DNA from: Acidobacteriota bacterium
GTDB taxonomy: Bacteria > Acidobacteriota > Thermoanaerobaculia > Multivoradales > UBA5704
Direction of reading: 5' to 3'
NCBI GenBank assembly: GCA_040005235.1
Contig: JBDTZG010000021.1
Location: 25,668 to 89,667 of the forward strand
Length of the DNA stretch: 64,000 bases
Shown here: piece by piece, positions 38,568 through 50,974 of the stretch
How the letters are laid out: each line of letters begins with the position of its first letter
Position numbering within the stretch: the first letter of the stretch is position 1
The notes under the pieces: generated by a model
What the model saw: only the letters and a program-made list of their open reading frames with translations
What the model was told of the DNA's origin: nothing
The model's database searches: none
Made by a program: the position numbers and the translations under genes

Positions 38568-39587
38568 TCAGGGTTCGACGATCTCGAAGGCGTGGCCATC
38601 GGGATCGAGCACCTGGAATCCGCGATGGAAGGCGAGCTCGGCCTCGGGGAGTGTAACGATACCGGGGGAAACGAAGGGGACGTGTCCCTCGCGCAGACGC
38701 GTTGCAAGTCCGTCCAGCGCTTTCGGTTCCTCGACCGATAGGGTCGTCTGCCAATGCGCCAGGTCGTTCGCCGCCAGATCGCTCGGTGCCGGCCGGCCAC
38801 CTTGCGGCGTCAGGTATTCGAGGAACTCGATCCCCGGTCCGGAGGAACCTTTAAGTGCCGTGATCCGCAAATGCGCGCCGAACACCTGGTTCAGATGCTC
38901 CTGCTCCATGCCGTAGTTGTCGCTCGCCCCGGCGACGGTAAGGCCGAGCAGATCGCGATAAAACGCCAGGCTTGCGTCCGTATCGGAAACCACGATCGCG
39001 GTGTGGTCGATGCCCAGGAACAGCTTGTCCGACGAATGCTCCTGCCAGCGGGTATTTCCCTTGCCGGCCGGGTACCAGATCGCCTCCAGGTTGTGGCCGT
39101 CCGGGTCTTGGAAATAGAACGCGCGAATGCCTCCCGCGTTGGGATTCCAATCCGGCAGTGTTTGCGGTCCGGTCGAGACGTGGCGGACCTTCGCGGCGCG
39201 CAGTTTGGTGTACGCCGCATCCATGTCGGAGACGACCAGCGCGAGGTGTTGAAACCAGCGGTCGTTGCTCTTCGCATCGACCGGGATCGGCCGGCCGCGC
39301 GGGGTGAGGTATTCGGTTAGCTCCACCTGCTCGGTGCCGAGCTTCAAACGTGCCACCCGCTCGCGCAGACCGAACACCCCTTCGAACTGTTCGTAGGGCT
39401 CTCCCCAGACCTCGTGCTCGGAGAGCTTTTCAAAGCCGAGCGTGCCGGTGAAGAACGCGACCTCTGCATCGAGATCCGAGACCGTGAAGCCGACCGCCGC
39501 GACTTTCGGAGCGCTCGCGGCGAACAGGTCAAGGGGCAGCAGGAAGACGGCGAGGGCCAGAGGTACTGCTTTCGAAAGAGTTTTCAT
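38568..39587 (-). CDS. Secreted two-domain VOC/glyoxalase protein
   Basis: Signal peptide; FQHLALVVSD, DPDGHNLE, IDHTAIVVSD, DPDGHAFE. Confidence 0.85.
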   Translation of the reverse strand: MKTLSKAVPLALAVFLLPLDLFAASAPKVAAVGFTVSDLDAEVAFFTGTLGFEKLSEHEVWGEPYEQFEGVFGLRERVARLKLGTEQVELTEYLTPRGRPIPVDAKSNDRWFQHLALVVSDMDAAYTKLRAAKVRHVSTGPQTLPDWNPNAGGIRAFYFQDPDGHNLEAIWYPAGKGNTRWQEHSSDKLFLGIDHTAIVVSDTDASLAFYRDLLGLTVAGASDNYGMEQEHLNQVFGAHLRITALKGSSGPGIEFLEYLTPQGGRPAPSDLAANDLAHWQTTLSVEEPKALDGLATRLREGHVPFVSPGIVTLPEAELAFHRGFQVLDPDGHAFEIVEP

Positions 39588-39598
39588 CGCCGTAGACC

Positions 39599-41176
39599 TC
39601 ACGCGCCGAGCCGTTCTCTCAGGTGGGCGCCCACACGCAGGGCGTTCGCCATGATCGTGAGAGCCGGGTTCACCGCCGCGCTCGACGGGAAAAAGCTGCC
39701 GTCGACGACGTAGAGGTTGTCCACCTCGTGGGAGCGGCAGTTGGGATCGAGCGCCGAGGTCTTAGGATCGTGGCCGAAGCGGATCGTGCCGTTCTGGTGC
39801 GCGACGCCCGCGAGCGGAATCCGCTGCCCGGCGTAGAGGCTGCGCGCGAAAATCCCCTCGTGGCACTCGTGGCCGTGAATTCCGCAATGGGTCGAACCCT
39901 TCATTAGCTGTTTGAGCTTCGCGGTCAGCCGCTCATGTCCCTTCTCGTTGTTCGGCTTGTAGGAGAGGACGATGTTGCCTTGCGCGTCGAGCGTCACTCG
40001 GTTGTCCGGGTCGGGCAGGTCTTCCGATGTGAGCCAGAAGTCGAGCGAGTGGCGGGCCATCAGGTCGAGCGTCCAGCCGGGGGCGAACGGCGGAGCGCCG
40101 GCTGAAAGCGTCACCGCGTCGAGCTTGCCGACGAAGGAAATGTGACCCATCGGATAGTCCCAATCCGGCGTGCCGAAATAGAAGTCATTAAGCGCCAGCG
40201 TCTTTTGGAACACCGTCGGGTTCGGGCACTTGGAAATCGCCATCAGAACCGAATTGACGTGCCCCATGTAATGGCGCCCGACCACGTCGGAGCCGTTGCC
40301 GAGCCCTTGAGGATGACGGTCGGAGGCCGAGCGCAGCAGCAGCGCCGCCGAATTGATCGCGCCGGCCGAGACGACCACGAGATCGCCCGAGTAGCTCTCC
40401 TTCACCGTGCCGTTCGGACCCTGGCGCTCCACGTGGACCGCCGAGATCGCGCGGCCGGACGGATCGGTCTCCAGACGGGAGACGAAGGCGTGGGTGAGCA
40501 GCGTGACGTTTTCATGCGCCAGCGCGGGATCGACGCAGATCGTCTGCGCGTCGGACTTGGCGCCCACCAGGCAGGGGTGGCCATCGCAAGTCTCGCAGCG
40601 GATGCAGGCGGAAGTCCGGGGGCTCTTCTCGTCCAACCGGACGCCGAGCGGCACCGAAAACGGCCGATGCCCCAGCTTCACCCAGTCGTCGTGGAGCTGT
40701 TGAATCCGCGGCTCGTGGCTCACCGCCGGATAGAGATAGGGGGCCGAAGCGGAAGGCTCGGTCGGATCGACGCCCCGCTCTCCATGCACCTGGTAGAGGT
40801 GTTCGGCCTGGGTGTACCAGGGCTCCAGCTCGTCATAGCTGATCGGCCAGGCGGGCGAGATGCCGCCGTGATGACGCAGCTCGCCGAAATCCTCGCGCCG
40901 CAGACGAAACAGCGCCGCGCCGTAGAACTTCGTGTTGCCGCCCACGAAATAGTTGGTGTGCGGATGGAGCGGCTCGCCTTTCCCGTCCTTCCACGTTTCC
41001 TTGGCGTTGTAGCGCGCCTCGACGTTGACCGCCTTGGTGCTCCAGTTTTCCTTCTCGCGCGGCACGTAGTCGCCGCGCTCCAGGATCAAAATCTTCTTTC
41101 CCGTAGTTGCCAGCGACCAGGCGAGCGTGCCGCCCCCCGCGCCCGATCCGATGATGATGACGTCGTAGTGCTCCAT
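39599..41176 (-). CDS. GMC-family FAD oxidoreductase
   Basis: IGSGAGGG, GGNTKFYG, CIRCETCDGHPC, HQNGT, NPALT. Confidence 0.92.
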   Translation of the reverse strand: MEHYDVIIIGSGAGGGTLAWSLATTGKKILILERGDYVPREKENWSTKAVNVEARYNAKETWKDGKGEPLHPHTNYFVGGNTKFYGAALFRLRREDFGELRHHGGISPAWPISYDELEPWYTQAEHLYQVHGERGVDPTEPSASAPYLYPAVSHEPRIQQLHDDWVKLGHRPFSVPLGVRLDEKSPRTSACIRCETCDGHPCLVGAKSDAQTICVDPALAHENVTLLTHAFVSRLETDPSGRAISAVHVERQGPNGTVKESYSGDLVVVSAGAINSAALLLRSASDRHPQGLGNGSDVVGRHYMGHVNSVLMAISKCPNPTVFQKTLALNDFYFGTPDWDYPMGHISFVGKLDAVTLSAGAPPFAPGWTLDLMARHSLDFWLTSEDLPDPDNRVTLDAQGNIVLSYKPNNEKGHERLTAKLKQLMKGSTHCGIHGHECHEGIFARSLYAGQRIPLAGVAHQNGTIRFGHDPKTSALDPNCRSHEVDNLYVVDGSFFPSSAAVNPALTIMANALRVGAHLRERLGA

Positions 41177-41213
41177 GGCTGTTTGGGCCTCCCGACCTTA
41201 TGTATGCCGAGGA

Positions 41214-42026
41214 TCAGGAAGGGTTACCGGCGGCGGGCGATTCACAGTACCGACAGCGAAAGATGCATCGATGTTCATCCGGATGGTGGAGCTTTGCGCA
41301 ATAGACCCGAGAGAGTCCCCGAACCGCGCGATATCCCTCGGCCGCGAGAAGCATGCCGAGCGGGGGGGCGAGGAGGTAGATCCAGAAGCCGGTCCAAATT
41401 CCGGAGGGCAGCGCTGAGGCGAAGCTCCGCGCCGGGTTCATGCTCATGCCCGAAAGTGGTGCCTCGAACGTGATGTAGAACGCGACCAGAGTTCCCGCGA
41501 CGAGGCCGGTGATCCGCGCGAAGCGGCTGTTCGAAATCCAGAGTACCGCGGTCATCAAGAGGGCGGAGATCGCGACCTCGGCGACGAATGCGACGCCGAT
41601 TCCCGGCGCCCCCGGAACGGTTGCGACGAAGCGAACGGGCGGCGCGGAAAAAGCATCACCGAAGAAAGCGCGAACCAGGACGACCCCGAGAGTTCCGCCC
41701 ACGACCTGCGCACCGACGTAGAGCAGCGCGTCGGCCGGATCGATCTTCCCCAGGCGAAGAAACGTGAGAGTCACCGAGGGATTGAAATGCGCGCCCGAAC
41801 GCTGTCCCCAGGGCGAATAGATGAGCCCGATTGCGGTCCCGCCCATCGCGAGCCCCATCAGCGCGTCGCGTAGGAGACCCTTGGGAAGGTGACCCCCAAG
41901 GGGCGAGAGAGGCGAGTAGAGGAGGGTGGCGAATACCCCGGCGGAGATCATGAAAAGCCCCAGCCCGCCGGCTTCGATCAGCACCTCCGGCCAGTGGGCG
42001 CGGAGGGTTCGGGCGAGCGTGTTCAT
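41214..42026 (-). CDS. Aquaporin/MIP channel with NPS/NPA motifs and a Cys/His tail
   Basis: SGAHFNPSVT, SMNPARS; C-terminal YCAKLHHPDEHRCIFRCRYC. Confidence 0.9.
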   Translation of the reverse strand: MNTLARTLRAHWPEVLIEAGGLGLFMISAGVFATLLYSPLSPLGGHLPKGLLRDALMGLAMGGTAIGLIYSPWGQRSGAHFNPSVTLTFLRLGKIDPADALLYVGAQVVGGTLGVVLVRAFFGDAFSAPPVRFVATVPGAPGIGVAFVAEVAISALLMTAVLWISNSRFARITGLVAGTLVAFYITFEAPLSGMSMNPARSFASALPSGIWTGFWIYLLAPPLGMLLAAEGYRAVRGLSRVYCAKLHHPDEHRCIFRCRYCESPAAGNPS

Positions 42027-43989
42027 GAGGCGATCTCAACCGCGGCGCGCAACAGCTCCGCGACGCTCCACGCCTGCGCCGGGCAGCCGCGCGGCGCATG
42101 GGGCGGATCGGCGTCGAAGATCTCGGAGACGGTGCCGATGCCGGCTTCGGCCAGATGCGGCGCAAACTCTTCGAGGATCTTCCTTCCCTGGCGCTTTCCC
42201 ACTTCTCCCCGCACCCGCACCAGCGCTGTGATGTACGGTCCGAGCAGCCAGGGCCAGACGGTCCCCTGGTGATAGGCGCCGTCCCGTTCGAGCGGTCCGC
42301 CGAGGTAGATCGGCCGGTAGCGCGGATCATCGGCGGAGAGCGTCCGCAGGCCGCGCGGGGTGAGCAGCTTCGATTCGACCAGAGAGAGCAGCCGCGCCGC
42401 GCGGTCACCTTCGATCAACGGAAATGGGAGAGACAGCGCGAAAATCTGATTCGGCCGTACTCTCCCGTCCCGTCCGTCGCCATCGCTGCCTCCCACCACG
42501 TCGAACAGGCCACCGGTCTCCTCGTTCCAGAACCGATCGACGAAGGTTTTCCGCACCTGCTCGGTGCGCGCGCGGAGTTTGTCGGCTTCGTCCACCCGGC
42601 CGAACCGATCGTGCAGCTCGGCCGAGATCGCAAGCGCATTCGCCCAGAGCGCCTGGATCTCAACCGGCAGTCCGGTGCGCGGGGTCACCACCCAATCGCC
42701 CACCTTGGCGTCCATCCATGTGAGCTGGACCCCCGACTCTCCGGCGTGGAGCAGGCCGTCCGAGCCGACTCGAATGCCGTGGCGGGTACCGCGCTCGTGC
42801 CAGGCCAGGACGTCGCCAAACACTGGCATCAGCTCGTCGCGTAAGAACGCGCCGTCGCCCGTCGCTTCCAGGTAGTCCCAGGCTGCGACGAAGAACCAGA
42901 GTGTGGCATCGACCGTGTTGTATTCCGGCGCCTCGTCCGCGGAATCCGGAAAGCGGTTCGGCAACATGCCTTCGCTCGCGGCTCCGGCGAATGCGCGGAG
43001 GATGCCTTTCGCCTCGTCGAAGCGTTGCGTCGTGAGGCACAGTCCCGGCAGGGCGATCATCGAATCGCGGCCCCAATCGGAAAACCAGGGGTAGCCGGCG
43101 ATCACGGTGGATAGCCCCGTACCCCGGCGCACCAAGAAAGCATCGGCCGCGAGCGCCAGGGCGCGAGTGAACGGTTTGGCCTTGGCGAACGGGGCGAGCC
43201 ATTTTTCGCGCCGCTCGCGTTCGGCATCGAACAGCGCCCAGGCATCCCGCCCCTCCGGGGGAGCGGTTGAAATCAAGATCCCGAGCCGCGCGCCAGGCGC
43301 GAGCGTGACGGTGATCGCCCCCGGCGTGAACAGGTCCTCCTCGAAATCGAGACCCCGCTCGCGCTCCAGGTCGTATTCGAACCGACGCCACCAATCGGGG
43401 CTTGCCGAGTACGTGCCGTCTGGAACGTGGACGAATACTGCGGGCAGTCCGTCGTAGCTTTGATAGCGAAGCGTGCCGTTCTCGAACGATCCCTCGCGGT
43501 GAACGGAATCGTTTGCGTGGGAGAGTGAATGGAAGTCGCGGCCGGCGAAGAACGGGCGGAGGGTCAGGCCGATCGGAGCGTTTCCCCCCTCCAGCTCGTA
43601 GAGCACGAGCATGGCGTTTTCGTCGCTTTCCAGATGCACCGCGGCGATCGTTTTCCCGAGTCTTGATTCGCCGATCTCGTACTCCCAAGAAGGGAACAGC
43701 CCCTGGCGGAACTCCGCCAGATGCTCGAAACCGCGCGGATGGATCGCGCCGGGAAAGCGGTTCGCGCCGAGATCGACGCTCGCGCCGTTTGCCTCGACCG
43801 TTTCGTCGAGCCGCGACAACAACACCTTCCGTCCTACCGGCGGCTCGGTCGCCGCGACCAGCAGGCCGTGGTACCGCCGGGTATGCGCGCCCGAAACGGT
43901 CGAAGACGCCCAGCCGCCGAGGCCGTTGCCCTCCAACCATTCGAGCGCGGAGGAGCGGGCGAAATCGGTGCAGACGTCGCGGTCGAAGG

Positions 43990-43993
<4 letters not shown>
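42023..43993 (-). CDS. Amylo-alpha-1,6-glucosidase (archaeal-type glycogen debranching enzyme)
   Basis: EWLEGNGLGG, AGYPWFSDWGRD, TWMDAK, YHQGTVWPW, QAWSVAE. Confidence 0.92.
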
Positions 43994-46650
<2,657 letters not shown>

Positions 46651-46670
46651 GGCGTAGATTCTCTCTCGCT

Positions 46671-47771
46671 TCAGTTTGCGATGTTGACGTAAACCTTGAT
46701 CGCGCCCTGGCCGTGCGTCAAGGTCTCGATCATCCGGTCGTAGTGGGCGAGACCGTCGATCGGATGGGTGAGCAGCTTAGAGAGCCAGCCGGGCCAGGAA
46801 AGCTCAGCCGAGGCCAAGTCCTCCGCGCCCCGCTCGAAGTCCTCGCGGCTCGCGTTGACGCTCCCGAAAGCGACTTTGTTGCCGAGCACGAAGCCCTGGT
46901 TGATCTTGTCGGACGGGATCTCGACATGGCGGTCGCCGCCGCTGATCGAAACCATAGCGAGCACGCCGTTCTTGCCCAGAGCGTTCATCGCCTCAAACAC
47001 CAAAGGCGAGAAGCCGGTCCCTTCGAGGATGAAATCGAACGGCCCGTATTTCGCGGACGCGTCGGTCAAGCTGATGTCCTCGGTCGAAAGGTAGGTGGCG
47101 CCGATCGCTTCGAGCAGGTCGGCGTTCAAGTAAGGTCGCGGGGTGCGGCCGAGGGCCACCACTTCCAACCCGCGAAGGCGAAGGAAAAGTGCAGCGAGCA
47201 GGCCGAGCGTGCCGGTACCGAGCACCGCGGCGCGGCGCGGGCGCCAGACCTTCAATCGGCGCTGAATCTCCCATGCCTGGCCGATCGCCTTCTCAGCGAC
47301 GCTCGACGGCTCCATCAGCACGCCGACCTCTTTCAAGCCTCCGGGAATCCGGATCATGTAGTCGGCCGAATCCGCGTAGTACTCCGCGAGGTAGCCGTGG
47401 CGCAGGTTGATCCCGCGCTCGAAATAGACGTCGTCGGTGGTCATGTCCTGCAAACCGATCGTGTCGTACAGGCTCGACCCCGGCCGGCGGACTGTCGCGA
47501 CCACGTAATCGCCGACTTTGAATTCATGAACCGCCGGGCCGACCTCGACCACCCGGCCGAAGCTCTCGTGGCCGATAATCAGAAAGTCGTCACCCACGGG
47601 GGCGGCGCCGTACTCCGCCGCGTTGATTTCCTTGTCGGTCCCATCGACTCCGACGCGCAGGACTTGGACCAGAACGCCCCGGCCCTCGGGGATGTCTTCA
47701 ACGCGCGGCGTCGGAACGTCGCGCAGGTGGATGCTGTTGGCGGTACCGGGAATGACGGCGATCGCTTTCAT
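46671..47771 (-). CDS. Zn-dependent (MDR) glucose 1-dehydrogenase
   Basis: GVDGTDKEI, GHES, VATVRRP, ERGI, FGSVNA. Confidence 0.85.
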   Translation of the reverse strand: MKAIAVIPGTANSIHLRDVPTPRVEDIPEGRGVLVQVLRVGVDGTDKEINAAEYGAAPVGDDFLIIGHESFGRVVEVGPAVHEFKVGDYVVATVRRPGSSLYDTIGLQDMTTDDVYFERGINLRHGYLAEYYADSADYMIRIPGGLKEVGVLMEPSSVAEKAIGQAWEIQRRLKVWRPRRAAVLGTGTLGLLAALFLRLRGLEVVALGRTPRPYLNADLLEAIGATYLSTEDISLTDASAKYGPFDFILEGTGFSPLVFEAMNALGKNGVLAMVSISGGDRHVEIPSDKINQGFVLGNKVAFGSVNASREDFERGAEDLASAELSWPGWLSKLLTHPIDGLAHYDRMIETLTHGQGAIKVYVNIAN

Positions 47772-47836
47772 GGGGTGCGGCTCCTGAGTTGGGTTTGAGT
47801 CGTTCGCTGAGATCTATGCCGGAAGGGGGAGACCGG

Positions 47837-49321
47837 TTACGGCCGAATCCCCTCCACATTCAACCGAATTCGATACAGCCCGGTCCTCGCCGTCAGGTAG
47901 AGCGCCTTCCCGTCCTCGTCGCCGAAGGCGAAGTTGGCGGCCAGCTCAGGGCCTTTGATGATCCCGAGCGTCTTGCCTTCGGTCGAGAAGATCCACAGCC
48001 CGCCCGGTCCGGAGAGGTAGACGTTGCCTTTCGTGTCCACCTTAAAGCCATCGAGGGCTTCCTCGCCCGGTTCGGGAGTAAGGTCGATGAACACGGTGCC
48101 GGCGCCTAGGGTGCCGCCGGCGGCGACGGGGTAACGCAGGACCACTTTCTTCTTCTCGTCCCAATTCGAGACGTAGAGGAACTTCTCGTCGGGCGAGAAC
48201 GCGAGGCCGTTCGGGCCTTTCAGCTCGTCGGCGACTCTCTTGAGGCGCCCTTCATGCAGAAGGAAGACGCCGCTGGTCGGCAGCTCCTTGCCCGGGTCGT
48301 CGTAGACCTTCGGCAGGCCGAAGGGGGGATCGGTGAAGTAGAGCGCGTCGTCGGATCGATAGACGAGGTCGTTCGGGCTGTTCAGGCGCTTGCCTTCGAA
48401 CCGGTCGGCGAGCACGGTGAGCGTGCCGTTCTTCTCCAGGCGGGTGACCCGGCGGTTGCCGTGCTCGTCGATCGTCAGGCGCCCTTCGCGGTCGATCGTG
48501 AGGCCGTTCGAGCCGGGCTGGTGGTAGACCCCGAGATCGACGCCGGTGTAGCCGCTGTGGGTCCGGTAGATCGAAACCTGGCCGTCTCCCGAGTAGCGGT
48601 AGATCGTGTTCTCGTTCGGATCAGAGAACAAGAGATACCCGCCGTCCCGAACCCAGACCGGCCCCTCGGTGAACGAGAAGCCGGTGGCGAGCAGCTCGAT
48701 CTTCGTGCCGGGGGAAACGATCGTGTCGAGCGCGGGATCGCGGCGGACGATTTCGGTCGCCACCTCGCGGCCGTGGCCGAGCCGTCCCGGGCGGTAGAGG
48801 TCGAGCGTTGCCGCGCGCATCCAGATGAAGTTGCCGGGCGGGGCCGAGAGCGGGCCGTTGGCGGCAAACACCGCGATGTGAATCGTCTGGCCGGGCTGGG
48901 CGTCGCGGGCGATCACCACCCGGTTCGGCGCGTTGAAGCCATGGACGAGGTTGCCCCCCGCCTGGCCGAGCACGAGCGGCAGCTTGCCGTCCACCCATAT
49001 CTCGGCGTAGTCGTCGACCACTGTTTCGAACACCACCGCGGCGCCCGTCAGGTCGAGAGAGCCGACTTTCTCGGGCAGGGTGAGGTCGAGCCGATACCAG
49101 CCGAAGCTGTGCCGGCCGTTGCCGCGCCGGGCGGTCAGCTCCTGCGGCGCGACGGGTGCCCATGCCGCGTTCTCGAAGTCAGGCGTGCCCACCTGCGGTG
49201 TCACGTCCAGCGTGCGAACGGGCGCACCTGAGGCCTTGAGGTCCGGCCCGGCCGCGCGGTGATCGACCTCGACCAGTTTGGCGTCGGTGTAGCGCCAGGT
49301 GCCCTGAACCAGCGCGGCGCC
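47837..49321 (-). pseudogene. SMP-30/gluconolactonase with N-terminal sugar-binding domain; 5' end lost
   Basis: FTEGPVW, SNGL, NSPND, GPNGLAFSPD; coding frame continues upstream of 49204 (GAALVQGTWRYTD) and closes at a TGA near 49328. Confidence 0.75.
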
Positions 49322-49529
49322 AGGCGATCAGGTTGCCGCTCCGGTCGACCACCGCGATGGCGCCGGTTTTGGCGTCGTCGTTCTTCGCCACCACCGTGGC
49401 GGCGGCGAGCACGGTGCGCGCGCCGTCGAGCGTCAGCTCCTTCTGGTCGGAGGTTGGGGCCGCGCCGGTTTGGCCGAGCGCGGGCAGGCTCGCGAGAGCG
49501 AGGGTGAGAGTCAAGAGTGTCATTCGCAT
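49322..49529 (-). pseudogene. 5' fragment of a secreted GlcG/HbpS heme-binding protein
   Basis: Signal peptide, then LTLDGARTVLAAA...IAVVDRSGNLIA, after which family-like sequence stops abruptly. Confidence 0.7.
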
Positions 49530-49554
49530 GGGAGTCTCTCCTCGATCCGGTGAG

Positions 49555-50451
49555 TTAGTGACCGTTCTTTTCGGTCAGGCCCGGCCAGTTCTGGTCGGCT
49601 TTCCCGAGGTTCGCTTGCGGGTCTTCGTTGAACAGGTTGTAGGCCTTCTGCGTGTGTTGCAGCACCAGGCGGTCGTTGATGATCTGGAAGAGGTTGATGT
49701 TGACTGGCGAGACCTTGTTGATCGAAGCCGCGTAGCCGCAGTAGCCGCCGAACTGAGGGGCATAGTGGGCGGGGGCTCGCTCGAACGTCTCGCGATTCTC
49801 TTTGGAGGAGAAGTAGTAACGCGCGCCGTTATAGACCGCGTCGATCTCCGGGTCGCCCGCGACCGGTTTGCCGACCGTGAAGTAAGCGACCAGGTCGTGC
49901 CCTTCGAGCGCCACGCCGTTCTTGTCCAGGTTGATCAGCACCTTGCCGCCGGTGCCGTTACGCTCCACCAGGCCGGGCCAATGGGTGTCGGCTTTCGCAA
50001 GGTTCGCTTTGACATCTTCGTTCCACAGGCTCCACGCCCTCTGGTTGTGCTGAAGTACCAGCCGGCCGTCGAGCACTTGGAAGATCGTCGGATCGATGGG
50101 AGAGAGCCGGTCGATCGACGCGGCATAACCGCAGTATCCGCCGAACTGCGGCTCGTATTTCGCGGGAGCGGCATCGAACATCGCCTTGTGATCGGCAGAG
50201 TGGAACTGGTAGATCGCCCCTTTGTAGCGCGAACGAAACTTCGGGGCGCCCTTGACCGGTTTGTTGTCGGTGAAGTAGGCGACCGCGTCATACCCTTGAA
50301 GCGCCACGCCGTCCTTGGTCTTGTTGACCACCACGCGGGTGGTCGCCAAGGCATCGCCGTAAAGATCCTTCTCGTCAGCGCGAACGCCGAGCGGAGCGAG
50401 GAACAAAGCCAAGGCCGAAGCCGAAAGGGCGAGACGAACGAAATTTTTCAC
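49555..50451 (-). CDS. Secreted protein with two tandem YHS-like domains
   Basis: Signal peptide; two copies of GVAL.G.D.VAYFT...PQFGGYCGYAASI. Confidence 0.88.
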   Translation of the reverse strand: MKNFVRLALSASALALFLAPLGVRADEKDLYGDALATTRVVVNKTKDGVALQGYDAVAYFTDNKPVKGAPKFRSRYKGAIYQFHSADHKAMFDAAPAKYEPQFGGYCGYAASIDRLSPIDPTIFQVLDGRLVLQHNQRAWSLWNEDVKANLAKADTHWPGLVERNGTGGKVLINLDKNGVALEGHDLVAYFTVGKPVAGDPEIDAVYNGARYYFSSKENRETFERAPAHYAPQFGGYCGYAASINKVSPVNINLFQIINDRLVLQHTQKAYNLFNEDPQANLGKADQNWPGLTEKNGH

Positions 50452-50615
50452 AGAAGTCTCCTAGAGGGTGCCAAGGCACCCAAGTCGAAACCGCCGAGCT
50501 GTTGTGTCCATGGATCGCGGCGGGCGCCGCGGATGTCATCGTTCGGGGAGGGATATGCCGGGAGCCTCTCGGTGGTTACCGATCGATTCGAAACCGCGGA
50601 TCGAGGAGTCGCTCT

Positions 50616-50812
50616 CCCGGCACCGGGAAGGCCCTTCCCGTGTCCCCAGAACCCCCTTCCCTGAACCGGGAAGGCCCTGCCCGGTCATCGGGAACCCCCT
50701 TCCCTGAACCGGGAAGGCCCTGCCCGGTCATCGGGAACCTCCTTCCCAGGCGTCGGGTAGGCCCTTCCCGGTCGCCGGAAACCCCTTCCTCGGGCCGGGG
50801 ATGGCCCTTCCC
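50616..50812. repeat. Intergenic tandem array of about 4.5-5 copies of a 43-bp unit
   Basis: CCGGGAAGGCCC-like cores at 50623, 50666, 50709, 50753 and 50796; two central units identical. Confidence 0.85.
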
Positions 50813-50974
50813 TGCGATCTGGCAGCTCGAGCGCCTTGGGCCGGCAGCACCCGCCATTTACGCATCAGCCCCTTTCGCCCGGTGTACACTTGCCGCCAAG
50901 GCAAAAAGTCAGGCGGCCTTACCGCCGCCGCTCTTCAAGAACAGGCAGAAAGAATGGAAATCCGAGGTGCTGCG

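Noticed and set aside
50466-50481. GGGTGCC-AA-GGCACCC palindrome upstream of the YHS gene as an operator
   Set aside because: A single short GC-rich palindrome is plausible by chance at this GC content.
50616-50812. CRISPR array
   Set aside because: Units are contiguous with no unique spacers, and there are no cas genes.
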